Positions 10,064-20,911 of a stretch of 46,545 nt of DNA are shown here, one piece after another (within the stretch, counting starts at the first letter, position 1; each line of letters opens with the position of its first letter). The DNA comes from Patescibacteria group bacterium (GTDB lineage: Bacteria > Patescibacteriota > Minisyncoccia > JAHISW01 > Tagabacteraceae). The stretch is from NCBI GenBank assembly GCA_042577045.1, contig JBHPEK010000004.1:1-46545 (forward strand), read 5' to 3'. The position numbers and the translations under genes are program-made. The notes beneath the pieces are model-generated. The model had not been told where the DNA came from, ran no database searches, and saw nothing but the letters and a program-made list of their open reading frames with translations.

Positions 10064-10764
10064 ATTTTAGTAAAGCAATTTTCTAATGTTAAAATGTTTT
10101 TGTATTTTTCAGGATTATTTAAAAAGTCTAATTTTTCCGGTGTGTCTTTTAGGTCGTAGATGGGTTTGTTAAAAGTTATTCCTAGTTCTGGTATTTCTCT
10201 TGGTTTTAGTTTTATCAATTCGGGCACTTCATCATAGTTCGGGTTTTTTATAAATTCACCATTTTCCAAAGCATAATAGCAGGCACCATGAAGTTCGGTG
10301 TAGGATTGGTAGTCGCTTTCCAAGTCTAAACTTAACCAGTTTGAAAGAATTGTTTCTTTTTTCGTTGGATTTATACTTATTATTCCAAAACCTGGTAAAA
10401 ATATTGTACTTTCTTTTTCGTTGGCCTCTACCAAATATACTTCGGTAATTATTTTGGGGTTATTTTCGTATTTTTGGAAAAGCCACTGTATTTTTCCCTT
10501 GACCACTCCCATTATTTCTATGCCACCTTTTTTGTGGTAGTGCCCATATGTTTTTGAAAACTCTTTTCCAAGCGTTTCAGGATAAATGAAAGTTAGGTCG
10601 TATCTTAGGTTCTTAACATTTTCTACGCCTCGATAAACATCGTAAATTATACGGTCTTCTTTGTCGTTTGGTTTTTGCAAGACTGAGCTCATTGCCGAGA
10701 GCGTGCGCGGTTGAGATTCTTTGTTTTTAATAAGTTCTGTTATTCTTTTATAAAAATTTTCCAT
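10060..10764 (-). CDS. Cupin-type glucose-6-phosphate isomerase family protein
   Basis: 'YDVYRG...RYDLT..YP..LGKEFSKTYGHYH' cupin PGI motif, 'GACYY'. Confidence 0.75.
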   Translation of the reverse strand: MENFYKRITELIKNKESQPRTLSAMSSVLQKPNDKEDRIIYDVYRGVENVKNLRYDLTFIYPETLGKEFSKTYGHYHKKGGIEIMGVVKGKIQWLFQKYENNPKIITEVYLVEANEKESTIFLPGFGIISINPTKKETILSNWLSLDLESDYQSYTELHGACYYALENGEFIKNPNYDEVPELIKLKPREIPELGITFNKPIYDLKDTPEKLDFLNNPEKYKNILTLENCFTKI

Positions 10765-12524
10765 ATTTTTTTAGTTTTTGTATACCAGTCATAAATTTGA
10801 GAAAATCTCTCGGAGGACATGGTAATAGATTCTTCGTCGACACCTTGAATAGAACTAGGCAAGAGGTGAATAAAGTGAGGAGAGTATAAGAAAATTGCTG
10901 GGACATCTTTTCTTAATTCTTCTTGAAATTCTCGATATTTTTTTTCTCTTTCATTGGCGTCAATTGTGCTTCGAGCATCTTCTAGTAGCTTGTCTACGGT
11001 AATATTGGCATAGAGGGCAATGTTTAGGCCGGGGTCATTTCTTTGGGAAGAGTGCCAGAAGGCAAAGGCGTCTGGGTCTTTGCTCATAATTTCTCCAAAA
11101 AGAAGTATGTCGTATTCTCGTGGGCGAATTACATTTTGTTCAAGGTCGCCGATTTCATAAATTCTGACGTTTACCTTTGCTCCCAAGTTTTCCCAGGTTT
11201 CTTTTAGGATTTGAGCAGTATTTACTAGGTCGGGGACGTTGGATGTGGAAATTGAAAACTCTAATCTTTTGGTTTCCGATTTTGTTTTTTTGGTATAGAC
11301 GGTTTCCTCTGTTTCGTTTTCCTCTCCTTCGTTTATTTTTGTGGTGACTAGTTTCCAGCCGTTATTTTCTAGAATATCTTTAGCCTTTTTTAGCTGGTCT
11401 TCGTAAGTTGCTTCTATTTCTTCTTTTACAGTTTCAATGTAGCCAATACTCCCTGGTGGAATAGGGTTGTCTATCTTGGTACCAAAATTTTGCAAAACTT
11501 CATTAACAATTTTATCTTTATCGACACTAAAATTCAGTGCTTTTCTTATTTCTTGATTTGTAAAAATGGAGGCTTTGTCTTGATTAAAAAATACGGCGAA
11601 AATTCTAGAAAGAGAATAATTTTTTAAATATGAACTAGATCTTTTTATGTCTAAAATATCTTTTGGCGATATAGCACTTAAACTGCCTATTTCTTTTTGT
11701 TTGTAGGCGCTGATTAGGTCTTTTTCCGATGGGTAGAATTTGAGGATAATTTTCTTAAGATATGGTTTTTTTAGGGAAAAGTTTTTGTTGGGAATTAGGG
11801 TGTAAGATTTTATAATTCCAGAAGAATTTCTGTCTATTTGGTCTATTTTAAATGGTCCAGAGCCAATAGGGTCTATATTGAAATTACTTAGAGGCATTTG
11901 TTCTGGTAAAACATTTTTCCAGATATGAAAAGGAAGAATGCCGATGGTTGTGTTTTCTAGAAATGGTGCATAAGGTTTTTCTAGGCAGAATTTAATTTTT
12001 TGGTCATCTATTTTGACAACATCAACTCCTTCCCATGTTGCCCTTTTTGGGCTTTTTGTTTCGGGGTGTTTGATTTGTTCAATCGTAAAAAGTATATCAT
12101 CGCTGGTGAGTGGTTTTCCGTCGGACCAAGAAAGTTTTGGTTTTAGGGTGAAGGTGTAGCATGATCCATCTTCACTTACCTCGTAGCTTTCTGCCAAGTC
12201 AAAGACAAGTCTGTCTTCTTGGGATCGCATTAATCCTGAATAAACAAGCATGGTTAAGTCTCGGTCGGCGTCGGAAATCGTTAGGATTGGGTTTACAAAT
12301 CGGGGGGTGCCTATAATACCTTCTCTTAAGGTGCCGGCACTTGTTGGAACCTCAATACTAATTTTCTGATCAATTTTATATATTAATATTACTCCACTTA
12401 TCAAAAATAAAAATACTAACATTAGTAATATTTTTTTCAAAGCTGGAGTAAGAGTATTAATTGCGTATCGGAAACGCAACTCTAGCCAGAGAATTTTAGA
12501 TTGGAGTATTTTAAAGTATTTCAT
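10740..12524 (-). CDS. Peptide/oligopeptide ABC transporter substrate-binding protein (family 5)
   Basis: 'WSDGKPLTSDDILFT', 'PIGSGPFK', 'FWHSSQ', N-terminal TM anchor. Confidence 0.9.
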   Translation of the reverse strand: MKYFKILQSKILWLELRFRYAINTLTPALKKILLMLVFLFLISGVILIYKIDQKISIEVPTSAGTLREGIIGTPRFVNPILTISDADRDLTMLVYSGLMRSQEDRLVFDLAESYEVSEDGSCYTFTLKPKLSWSDGKPLTSDDILFTIEQIKHPETKSPKRATWEGVDVVKIDDQKIKFCLEKPYAPFLENTTIGILPFHIWKNVLPEQMPLSNFNIDPIGSGPFKIDQIDRNSSGIIKSYTLIPNKNFSLKKPYLKKIILKFYPSEKDLISAYKQKEIGSLSAISPKDILDIKRSSSYLKNYSLSRIFAVFFNQDKASIFTNQEIRKALNFSVDKDKIVNEVLQNFGTKIDNPIPPGSIGYIETVKEEIEATYEDQLKKAKDILENNGWKLVTTKINEGEENETEETVYTKKTKSETKRLEFSISTSNVPDLVNTAQILKETWENLGAKVNVRIYEIGDLEQNVIRPREYDILLFGEIMSKDPDAFAFWHSSQRNDPGLNIALYANITVDKLLEDARSTIDANEREKKYREFQEELRKDVPAIFLYSPHFIHLLPSSIQGVDEESITMSSERFSQIYDWYTKTKKIWKIFIKE

Positions 12525-12527
12525 TCA

Positions 12528-12755
12528 CTAGTTAATAAGCAATGCAATGAAAGTAGATAAAAAGAATAAAACTGCTAAGATAATGGTTGATCTAAATAAG
12601 ATTTTTTCAAAGCCTCTTCTGGTGCTATAGCTTCCTCCGCCATCTCCACCACCAAAAACACCAGACATACCAGAACCACGTTGCTGTAAAAGAACGGCAA
12701 CGACAAGCAAAACAGAAATAACTATTTGAATAATTGGTAGAATGTTGATTAACAT
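12528..12755 (-). CDS. secG: Preprotein translocase subunit SecG
   Basis: Two TM helices around 'LLQQRGSGMSGVFGG...TRRGFEKIL'. Confidence 0.93.
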   Translation of the reverse strand: MLINILPIIQIVISVLLVVAVLLQQRGSGMSGVFGGGDGGGSYSTRRGFEKILFRSTIILAVLFFLSTFIALLIN

Positions 12756-12821
12756 AAGATAGTTTCAACGTTGATTACAGTATAACGGAGGGGTTGAAAT
12801 TGTCAAGATAGTTTGTTATAC

Positions 12822-12855
12822 ATCAAAACCGTCCACAGTGGACGGTTTTTTGTTT
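12822..12855 (+). repeat. Hairpin/terminator-like direct repeat, copy 1
   Basis: atcaaaaccgtccacagtggacggttttttgttt; matches 13497-13530 at 32/34 nt. Confidence 0.85.
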
Positions 12856-12895
12856 TAAGTTGTTAAGTTGAGATAAAAATTGGTAAGATGGGTTT

Positions 12896-13192
12896 ATGGA
12901 AGAAGAATTGTTTAAAAAATTAAAAGAATTAAATTTGCCACTTGGTAAATATGCTGTTTTTGGAAGTGGGTCAATGTGTGCACATGGACTACGAGATTGC
13001 AATGACATAGATTTACTTGTTACTAAAGATTTGTTTGAAGAATATAAATTGAAAGAAGGGTGGAGTGTTAAAAAATTGAAAAGTGGATTAGTAGTTCATT
13101 CTAGGAAAACACGCCTACATTTTCCTAGAATAGAGCGTGTTTTGGGTTCTGTGGGAAGTCCGACTTCCCACAGAAGAGGACTTTACAAATAG
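12896..13192 (+). pseudogene. Nucleotidyltransferase-like protein, probably 3'-truncated
   Basis: 'YAVFGSGS....GLRDCNDIDLLV' minimal NTase motif; the tail runs through two palindromes (about 13100-13128 and 13147-13175). Confidence 0.5.
13147..13175. repeat. REP-like perfect palindrome, 13-bp stem with CCG loop
   Basis: ttctgtgggaagt-ccg-acttcccacagaa. Confidence 0.75.
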
Positions 13193-13284
13193 CATTTCAG
13201 ATGCTATTTTTTGGTTGAAATAAGTTATTTGAAAATCGACCCGCCTTCGCCAAAGCTATGGCGAGGCAAGAAAGGAGATATAGT

Positions 13285-13494
13285 ATGAAAGTTCATTTTG
13301 ATGAAGTCCACAAGGCACATTTAATAGTAATGGGGCAAAAGCTGTTTCCTAATTTGTCTGGAAGTGATGTTGCACTAAGAGTGGATAAGGCAAGTAAGGG
13401 ATTTTTGAAATATATACTTGATTTTGTTAATGATGACGGGGAGCTAACTATAAAAAACACAAAAGGCGATACCGAGGTACTAAAACTTTTCTAA
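13285..13494 (+). CDS. Small hypothetical protein
   Basis: SD AAGGAG ahead of ATG 13285 (MKVHFDE); ends just before the hairpin repeat. Confidence 0.55.
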   Translation: MKVHFDEVHKAHLIVMGQKLFPNLSGSDVALRVDKASKGFLKYILDFVNDDGELTIKNTKGDTEVLKLF

Positions 13495-13496
13495 AA

Positions 13497-13530
13497 ATCA
13501 AAACCGTCCATTGTGGACGGTTTTTTGTTT
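13497..13530 (+). terminator. Hairpin/terminator-like direct repeat, copy 2
   Basis: aaaaccgtcca-ttg-tggacggtttt followed by a T run. Confidence 0.85.
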
Positions 13531-13577
13531 GAGGTTTTGTCACTACGACACCGGACTTCGTAGTATGTAGTACAGAT

Positions 13578-13622
13578 AAGACCTTGTCACGAGTTGACAA
13601 GGTCTTTAAAATTGGTTAAATT
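13578..13622 (+). promoter_or_regulatory. groESL promoter with an overlapping 12-bp inverted repeat
   Basis: TTGACA(13594)-17 nt-TAAATT; inverted repeat aagaccttgtca-N5-tgacaaggtctt. Confidence 0.65.
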
Positions 13623-13630
13623 TCTAACAT

Positions 13631-15624
<1,994 letters not shown>

Positions 15625-15644
15625 GATATACAATTTTTTGAACG

Positions 15645-15675
15645 AACCCCTGTTTCTAGCGAAGCAGGGGTTTTT
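15645..15675 (+). terminator. Intrinsic terminator after groEL
   Basis: aacccctgtttc-tagc-gaagcaggggtt followed by T's. Confidence 0.75.
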
Positions 15676-15715
15676 GATATATAATAAGGTTATTAATAAG
15701 TAATAAACAAACAAT

Positions 15716-16276
15716 ATGAGTACAACTACTATAATAATTTTGGCGGTTTTGGGGGTCATTCTTTTGTGGCTGATTTATACTTTTAATCGTTTGATTGTTT
15801 TAAGAACCCGAAGCAGGGAAGCGCTTTCTGACATAGACGTGCAGACCAAGCGCCGATACGATTTGATTCCTAATTTAATGGAAACAGTCAAAGGATATAT
15901 GTCGCACGAGAAAGATGTCTTGGAGAATGTTACGCGCGCGCGGACGGAAGCCATGTCTGGATCTGGAGATGCTTTAGACAAGGAGGGGAAAGAGAACATG
16001 CTTTCGGGAACTTTGAAGTCTTTATTTGCTGTGGCTGAAAGTTATCCTGACCTAAAAGCTAATGCTAACTTTTTGGATTTACAGAGGGAGCTGGCAGACA
16101 CGGAAAACAAGATTCAGGCAGCGCGCAGGTTTTTTAACACAAATGTCCGTGATCTCAACATCAAGATTCAAAGTTTCCCAACCCTTTTAATTGCCGGCTT
16201 GTTTAGATTTACGAAAATGGACTTTTTTGAACACGAAAACGAAGCAGAGAAAGAACCCGTCAAAGTGAATTTTTAA
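15716..16276 (+). CDS. lemA: LemA family protein
   Basis: 'DIDVQTKRRYDLIPNL', 'AESYPDLKANANF', 'ENKIQAARRFFN'. Confidence 0.95.
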   Translation: MSTTTIIILAVLGVILLWLIYTFNRLIVLRTRSREALSDIDVQTKRRYDLIPNLMETVKGYMSHEKDVLENVTRARTEAMSGSGDALDKEGKENMLSGTLKSLFAVAESYPDLKANANFLDLQRELADTENKIQAARRFFNTNVRDLNIKIQSFPTLLIAGLFRFTKMDFFEHENEAEKEPVKVNF

Positions 16277-17172
16277 TGACAAATTTATATACCCACAAAG
16301 AATCTAATCTCCGTAAAACTTGGATGCTGTTCACGATTTTTTTTATTGTGGTTATTGGTGTTGGCTGGGTATTTTCCCAAATTTATGGAAACTCTCTAAT
16401 TTTGATTGTCTTTGTTTTGTTTAGTGTCGCCATGAGTTTTACCAGCTATTGGTATAGCGACAAGATTGTCTTGAAAATTAGTAAGGCCAAAAAAATTGAA
16501 AAGAGAGATTCGCCCGAGCTTTATAATATTTTAGAGAATCTATCTATTACAGCAGGGCTTCCGATGCCTCGGCTTTATCTGGTAAATGAACAAGCATCAA
16601 ATGCATTTGCGACAGGAAGAAATCCGGAAAAAGCCGTGGTGGCGGTAACCAGTGGCTTGCTTGCTCAGCTAGACCGAAGCGAATTAGAAGGTGTTTTAGC
16701 ACATGAGTTGGCTCATATCGGAAATAGAGATATGCTTCTTTCCACGGTGGCGGTGGTTTTGGTTGGCTTTGTGGCACTTCTTTCGGACGTCTTTTTAAGA
16801 TCTCTTTTTTGGGGAGGGTTTAGGGATAGAGATCAGGGCAGGGCGGGGGCTATTTTAATGATTGCTGGTATTGCCTTGGCAATTCTTGCTCCCATTGCTA
16901 CTATGCTTATTCAATTAGCTATTTCCAGAAAGAGGGAATATTTGGCCGATGCGTCTGGAGCGCTTTTGACCAGATATCCAGAGGGGTTGGCAAGCGCTTT
17001 GGAAAAAATTTCTAAAGATACTACGCCCATGAAAGTGGCGAACAAGGCGACTAATCATTTGTGGCTTGCTGATCCGAAAAAGAAAATTTTAAAAAGAAAG
17101 GCCAAAGGTTTATTCTTGACCCACCCACCAATAGAGGATAGGGTAAAAAAATTAAGAGGAGGAGTCGCATAG
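16276..17172 (+). CDS. htpX: Zinc metalloprotease HtpX (M48)
   Basis: 'NAFATGRNP', HELAH zinc motif, 'SRKREYLADA', 'THPP'. Confidence 0.95.
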   Translation: MTNLYTHKESNLRKTWMLFTIFFIVVIGVGWVFSQIYGNSLILIVFVLFSVAMSFTSYWYSDKIVLKISKAKKIEKRDSPELYNILENLSITAGLPMPRLYLVNEQASNAFATGRNPEKAVVAVTSGLLAQLDRSELEGVLAHELAHIGNRDMLLSTVAVVLVGFVALLSDVFLRSLFWGGFRDRDQGRAGAILMIAGIALAILAPIATMLIQLAISRKREYLADASGALLTRYPEGLASALEKISKDTTPMKVANKATNHLWLADPKKKILKRKAKGLFLTHPPIEDRVKKLRGGVA

Positions 17173-17242
17173 TGGCCGAGTGCGCCACCTTGGAAAGGTG
17201 GTATACCGCAAGGTATCGCAGGTTCGAATCCTGTCTCCTCCG
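17158..17242 (+). tRNA. tRNA-Ser (anticodon GGA)
   Basis: Acceptor GGAGGAG/CTCCTCC, anticodon arm CCACC-TTGGAAA-GGTGG, long variable arm ATACC-GCAA-GGTAT, T arm GCAGG-TTCGAAT-CCTGT; CCA not encoded. Confidence 0.95.
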
Positions 17243-17261
17243 CATCAGCAATTTTTATAGG

Positions 17262-17270
17262 TTATCCACA
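17262..17270 (+). promoter_or_regulatory. Consensus DnaA box upstream of the RNR gene
   Basis: TTATCCACA. Confidence 0.5.
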
Positions 17271-17310
17271 AAAATTCATTTTTTGTGAATTTTTGTTTTT
17301 AAGGTAAGAT

Positions 17311-19944
17311 ATGTGTATGGAGAGAAAAAATCCTCAAATTAAAATCCCCAAGCAAATAAAAAAGCGGGACGGGAGAGTTGTTCAATTTAAAAAGGACCGT
17401 ATTGTTGAAGCGGTTTTTAAGGCTTTTGAGGCGAGCGGAAAGCCAGATAGAAAATTGGCAGAAGAGGTCATGCTTGCTGTTATTGAAAAGCTTAACGAAA
17501 AATATAAAAATAATGTTCTAAAAGCAATCCCGACTATTGAAAACCTGCAGGATTTGGTAGAAGAATCTTTGGTAGACAAAGGTTTTGCCAAAGTTGCTAA
17601 ATCTTATATTTTATATAGGCAAAAACGGGGTGAGATTCGCAAGGAAAAGCAGGACATTTTAAATAAGACTGAAACAGACGAAGTTGATAAAAGTTTTGAT
17701 CCAAACGCATTAAGAGTCCTTAAAAGTCGTTATTTAAAAAAAGATTCCTCGGGTGCCGTTAAGGAGTCACCAAAAGAGCTTTTTGAAAGAGTGGCGCTTC
17801 ATTGTGTTTTGCCAAATGTTTTATACGACAAGCGAGTTGGGCGGAAAAGAGTAAAGAAAGACATTATGCCAAGCCCAGAAGAGATGACTTTAAGCGATCG
17901 AAAGGCAGTTGCTTTAGAAAACGAACTTAGAATAGGGGATTATTACTTAAATCGTTTTCATGTTAAGGCGCTTTATCATTCTTTCAGGCGATTTGAGGAA
18001 AACGGCCGAATTAAAGTAAAATGGGAGCGCTTGGTAAAAATGATGAGAAGTAATCAGTTCAAAGAACAGGAGAAGGAGATTATTAGTTTTTATAATTTAA
18101 TGATTTCGCGAAGTTTTATGCCTAATACCCCAGCTCTTGCTAACTTTGGGAGTTATTTGGGTATGGGTTCAGCTTGTTTTGCATTGGGTATAGACGATTC
18201 CATAGACTCTATTATGGGCACACTGAAAAAGGCTTCTATTATTTTCAAATCTGGAGGTGGGCTTGGTTATAATTTCTCAAAATTACGTCCAGAAGGGGGT
18301 TTTATAAAAACAACTGGAGGGGCTTCTTCGGGACCCCTAAGTTTTATGCGCCTTTTTGACACAATGACAGAAGTTGTTAAGCAGGGGGGTATTAGAAGAG
18401 GTGCAAATATGGGTATTATGAATAGCAACCATCCAGATATAGAGAAATTTGTTGTTGCTAAGGGGGGGAATAAAGCTTTGAATAATTTTAATATTTCCAT
18501 ATTGATAATGGGAGACTTCTGGGATCACTATAAAAAAGACAAACCCTACCCATTAATAAACCCAAACACGGGAGAGGTACAGAAACAGATTTCTCCCAAA
18601 GCATTATTTGAAAAAATAGTTTACCAGGCATGGGAATCTGCTGAACCAGGAGTTCTTTTCTATGACACTATCAACGAACTCAATCCTCTATTAGATGTTT
18701 TGGGTCCAATTGTTACTACTAATCCTTGCGGAGAGCTACTTTTGTATCCAGATGAATCTTGTAATTTAGGTTCTTTAAATTTGTGGGATTTTGTAAAAAT
18801 TGATTCACAAGAAAGAAGGTCAATTGACTGGGAGAGGTTAGCTATATCTACGCGGTTAGCGGTGCGACTTTTAGATAATGTAATAGACATCAACAAATTT
18901 CCACTTCCTGAAATAGAGGAGATGACACTGCAAACTAGAAAAATTGGCCTAGGGATTATGGGGTTGGGAGATTTGTTTTATGAAATGGATATTCCTTATA
19001 ATTCTCATAAGGGAAGAAATTTGATGGAAAAAATTGCTGAATTTATAAATTACCACTCCAAACTAGAATCTATGGAGTTATCTAAGAAAAGAGGACCTTT
19101 TCCTTTGTTTAAAAAGAGTTCTTATGCTGACGGGAAAATGCCTTTTAGGGGTTTTAAAGATAAAAAGTCTTGGAATTTTGACTGGAAAGAACTGTCTAAA
19201 GACATTAAAAAGTATGGACTTCGAAATAGTTATACTACGGTTATTGCGCCAACAGGTTCTACCTCCATGATTGCTGGTTGTTCGTCTGGTATTGAGCCAG
19301 TTTACTCTTTGGTTTATCAAAAGAATGTCGCCGTTGGCTCCTTTTATTATATCGATCCTGTTTTCGAGCGTGTTATGCAGAGAGAAGATTTATTTGATGA
19401 CAACTTAATTACTGACGTTATTGATTCTAAGGGGTCTGTTAAAAATATAAACTATATTCCGCCCCAAATTAAGAAAGTTTTTGTTACTAGTCATGATATT
19501 AAGCCGGAAGATCATGTTAAAAGTTTGGCATCATTTCAGAAGTGGGTAGATTCTTCAATTTCAAAAACTATTAATTTCCCAAGCAATGCCACTCAAGAAG
19601 ATATGCGGAAGGTGTATCTTCTGGCATATGAGCTGGGGTGTAAAGGAGTGGCGGTTTATAGAGATACTTCTATAAAAGAACAAGTTCTTTCTTCTTCTTC
19701 TGAAGACGTCAAAAGAACATCCAAAGGGAAAAAAGATAAATCGGATGGTTTACAAAGCTTAACGGACGAAAAAGCAGAAGGGATGGCTGTTTATCATGAT
19801 CCGTCTACGGTGAATATGAATGGTAGTAGTAATGGCACAGATTCAAGTAAAAAACCTACTCATTGTCCAAATTGCAAAGTAGAAGTTTCTTTTAAAGAAG
19901 GGTGTTTGTCTTGTCCTATTTGTGGATGGGGATTATGTGCCTAA
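17311..19944 (+). CDS. nrdJ: Adenosylcobalamin-dependent (class II) ribonucleotide reductase with ATP cone
   Basis: ATP cone 'IKKRDGRVVQF', 'SACF', TNPCGE, 'IAPTGSTS', C-terminal CxxC..CxxCxxC; no small subunit adjacent. Confidence 0.88.
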   Translation: MCMERKNPQIKIPKQIKKRDGRVVQFKKDRIVEAVFKAFEASGKPDRKLAEEVMLAVIEKLNEKYKNNVLKAIPTIENLQDLVEESLVDKGFAKVAKSYILYRQKRGEIRKEKQDILNKTETDEVDKSFDPNALRVLKSRYLKKDSSGAVKESPKELFERVALHCVLPNVLYDKRVGRKRVKKDIMPSPEEMTLSDRKAVALENELRIGDYYLNRFHVKALYHSFRRFEENGRIKVKWERLVKMMRSNQFKEQEKEIISFYNLMISRSFMPNTPALANFGSYLGMGSACFALGIDDSIDSIMGTLKKASIIFKSGGGLGYNFSKLRPEGGFIKTTGGASSGPLSFMRLFDTMTEVVKQGGIRRGANMGIMNSNHPDIEKFVVAKGGNKALNNFNISILIMGDFWDHYKKDKPYPLINPNTGEVQKQISPKALFEKIVYQAWESAEPGVLFYDTINELNPLLDVLGPIVTTNPCGELLLYPDESCNLGSLNLWDFVKIDSQERRSIDWERLAISTRLAVRLLDNVIDINKFPLPEIEEMTLQTRKIGLGIMGLGDLFYEMDIPYNSHKGRNLMEKIAEFINYHSKLESMELSKKRGPFPLFKKSSYADGKMPFRGFKDKKSWNFDWKELSKDIKKYGLRNSYTTVIAPTGSTSMIAGCSSGIEPVYSLVYQKNVAVGSFYYIDPVFERVMQREDLFDDNLITDVIDSKGSVKNINYIPPQIKKVFVTSHDIKPEDHVKSLASFQKWVDSSISKTINFPSNATQEDMRKVYLLAYELGCKGVAVYRDTSIKEQVLSSSSEDVKRTSKGKKDKSDGLQSLTDEKAEGMAVYHDPSTVNMNGSSNGTDSSKKPTHCPNCKVEVSFKEGCLSCPICGWGLCA

Positions 19945-19945
19945 A

Positions 19946-19966
19946 AACCGAAATCCGATTTCGGTT
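19946..19966. repeat. REP-like palindrome of the RAYT locus
   Basis: aaccgaaat-ccg-atttcggtt. Confidence 0.85.
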
Positions 19967-20033
19967 AGAATTTTGTTTTTGTGAGCGAGGATAGGCAAAA
20001 ATCCTTTGTTATTTTACTGTATTTTTTGACTTC

Positions 20034-20052
20034 CCCGAAATCCGATTTCGGG
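20034..20052. repeat. REP-like palindrome of the RAYT locus
   Basis: cccgaaat-ccg-atttcggg. Confidence 0.85.
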
Positions 20053-20066
20053 ATAAACTAGAACAT

Positions 20067-20768
20067 ATGAGGAAAGAAATATTTGTACCAGGAGAATATT
20101 ATCATATTTATAACAGAACAATATTAAATGTTCCAGAATTTGAGAAGTATGAAAATGCTCTTAAACTTAAACAGGCTTTTTTATTGGCTAATTCTACAGA
20201 ATCTACTAAAGCATTTGAGCGTCATAGAAACTATGGTGGGGAAAAATGGCAAAAGGCAGTAGAAATTGCGTGGAGAGGTGATAAGCTTGTGGAAGTTGTT
20301 GCTTATGCAGTTATGCCTAATCACTATCATCTTTTGGTAAGAGAATTAAGAGAAAACGGAATAATCGACTTTATTCGTAAATGCAATATCGCCATTGCAA
20401 AATATATAAATATAAAAAATGACAGAAAGGGAACTCTTTTTGAGGGTAACTTCAAAGCCAAACACATTGATTCAAACCAATATCTTTTACATGCTTCATT
20501 ATATATCCATCTCAATCCACTAGATTTTATTGATAGCAAAAACTGGAGAACTGGAAATATAAAAAATTGGAATTCAAAAAAGGGGGAACTCATTAAATAT
20601 CCATGGTCTAGCCTGAAGGGTTATTTGTACGACGATTTTGAAGATTTAATATTAGACGGAACAGAAATAATCTTAGACCAATTTAAAAATAGGGGGGAGT
20701 ATGAGAGGTTTTTAAGAGAGTGGTCAGAGACGGATTTAGGGAGAGTAAATAGCATGCTTTTAGATTAA
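20067..20768 (+). CDS. REP-associated tyrosine transposase (RAYT; HUH/Y1, IS200-like fold)
   Basis: 'YYHIYNR', HUH motif 'MPNHYHLL', 'GTLFEGNF', 'YIHLNP', 'YPWSS'; flanked by repeated palindromes. Confidence 0.9.
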   Translation: MRKEIFVPGEYYHIYNRTILNVPEFEKYENALKLKQAFLLANSTESTKAFERHRNYGGEKWQKAVEIAWRGDKLVEVVAYAVMPNHYHLLVRELRENGIIDFIRKCNIAIAKYINIKNDRKGTLFEGNFKAKHIDSNQYLLHASLYIHLNPLDFIDSKNWRTGNIKNWNSKKGELIKYPWSSLKGYLYDDFEDLILDGTEIILDQFKNRGEYERFLREWSETDLGRVNSMLLD

Positions 20769-20818
20769 TTTTCTATGGACAAGAATAGGAAAAAAATCCT
20801 TATCATCTCGTTGTATTT

Positions 20819-20855
20819 CCAACATTTCCCGAAATCCGATTTCGGGAAATGTTGG
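20819..20855. repeat. REP-like palindrome of the RAYT locus, 17-bp stem
   Basis: ccaacatttcccgaaat-ccg-atttcgggaaatgttgg. Confidence 0.9.
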
Positions 20856-20911
20856 GTTGGTTGTGTATAAAGTAATGGCGTAATGATGATACGCAGTGGT
20901 ATAATATAAAT

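Noticed and set aside
13542-13564. actacga-N9-tcgtagt as another copy of the boundary hairpin
   Set aside because: Only a 7-bp stem with weak similarity; it could be a decayed copy but cannot be supported.
17311-19944. Intein or intron in the RNR gene
   Set aside because: Continuous ORF with no C...HN splice motifs or LAGLIDADG blocks seen; the extra segment near residues 175-255 looks like an ordinary insertion.
20067-20768. Autonomous IS200/IS605 element with TnpB
   Set aside because: No tnpB; the protein is longer than typical TnpA and the repeated palindromes fit a RAYT better.
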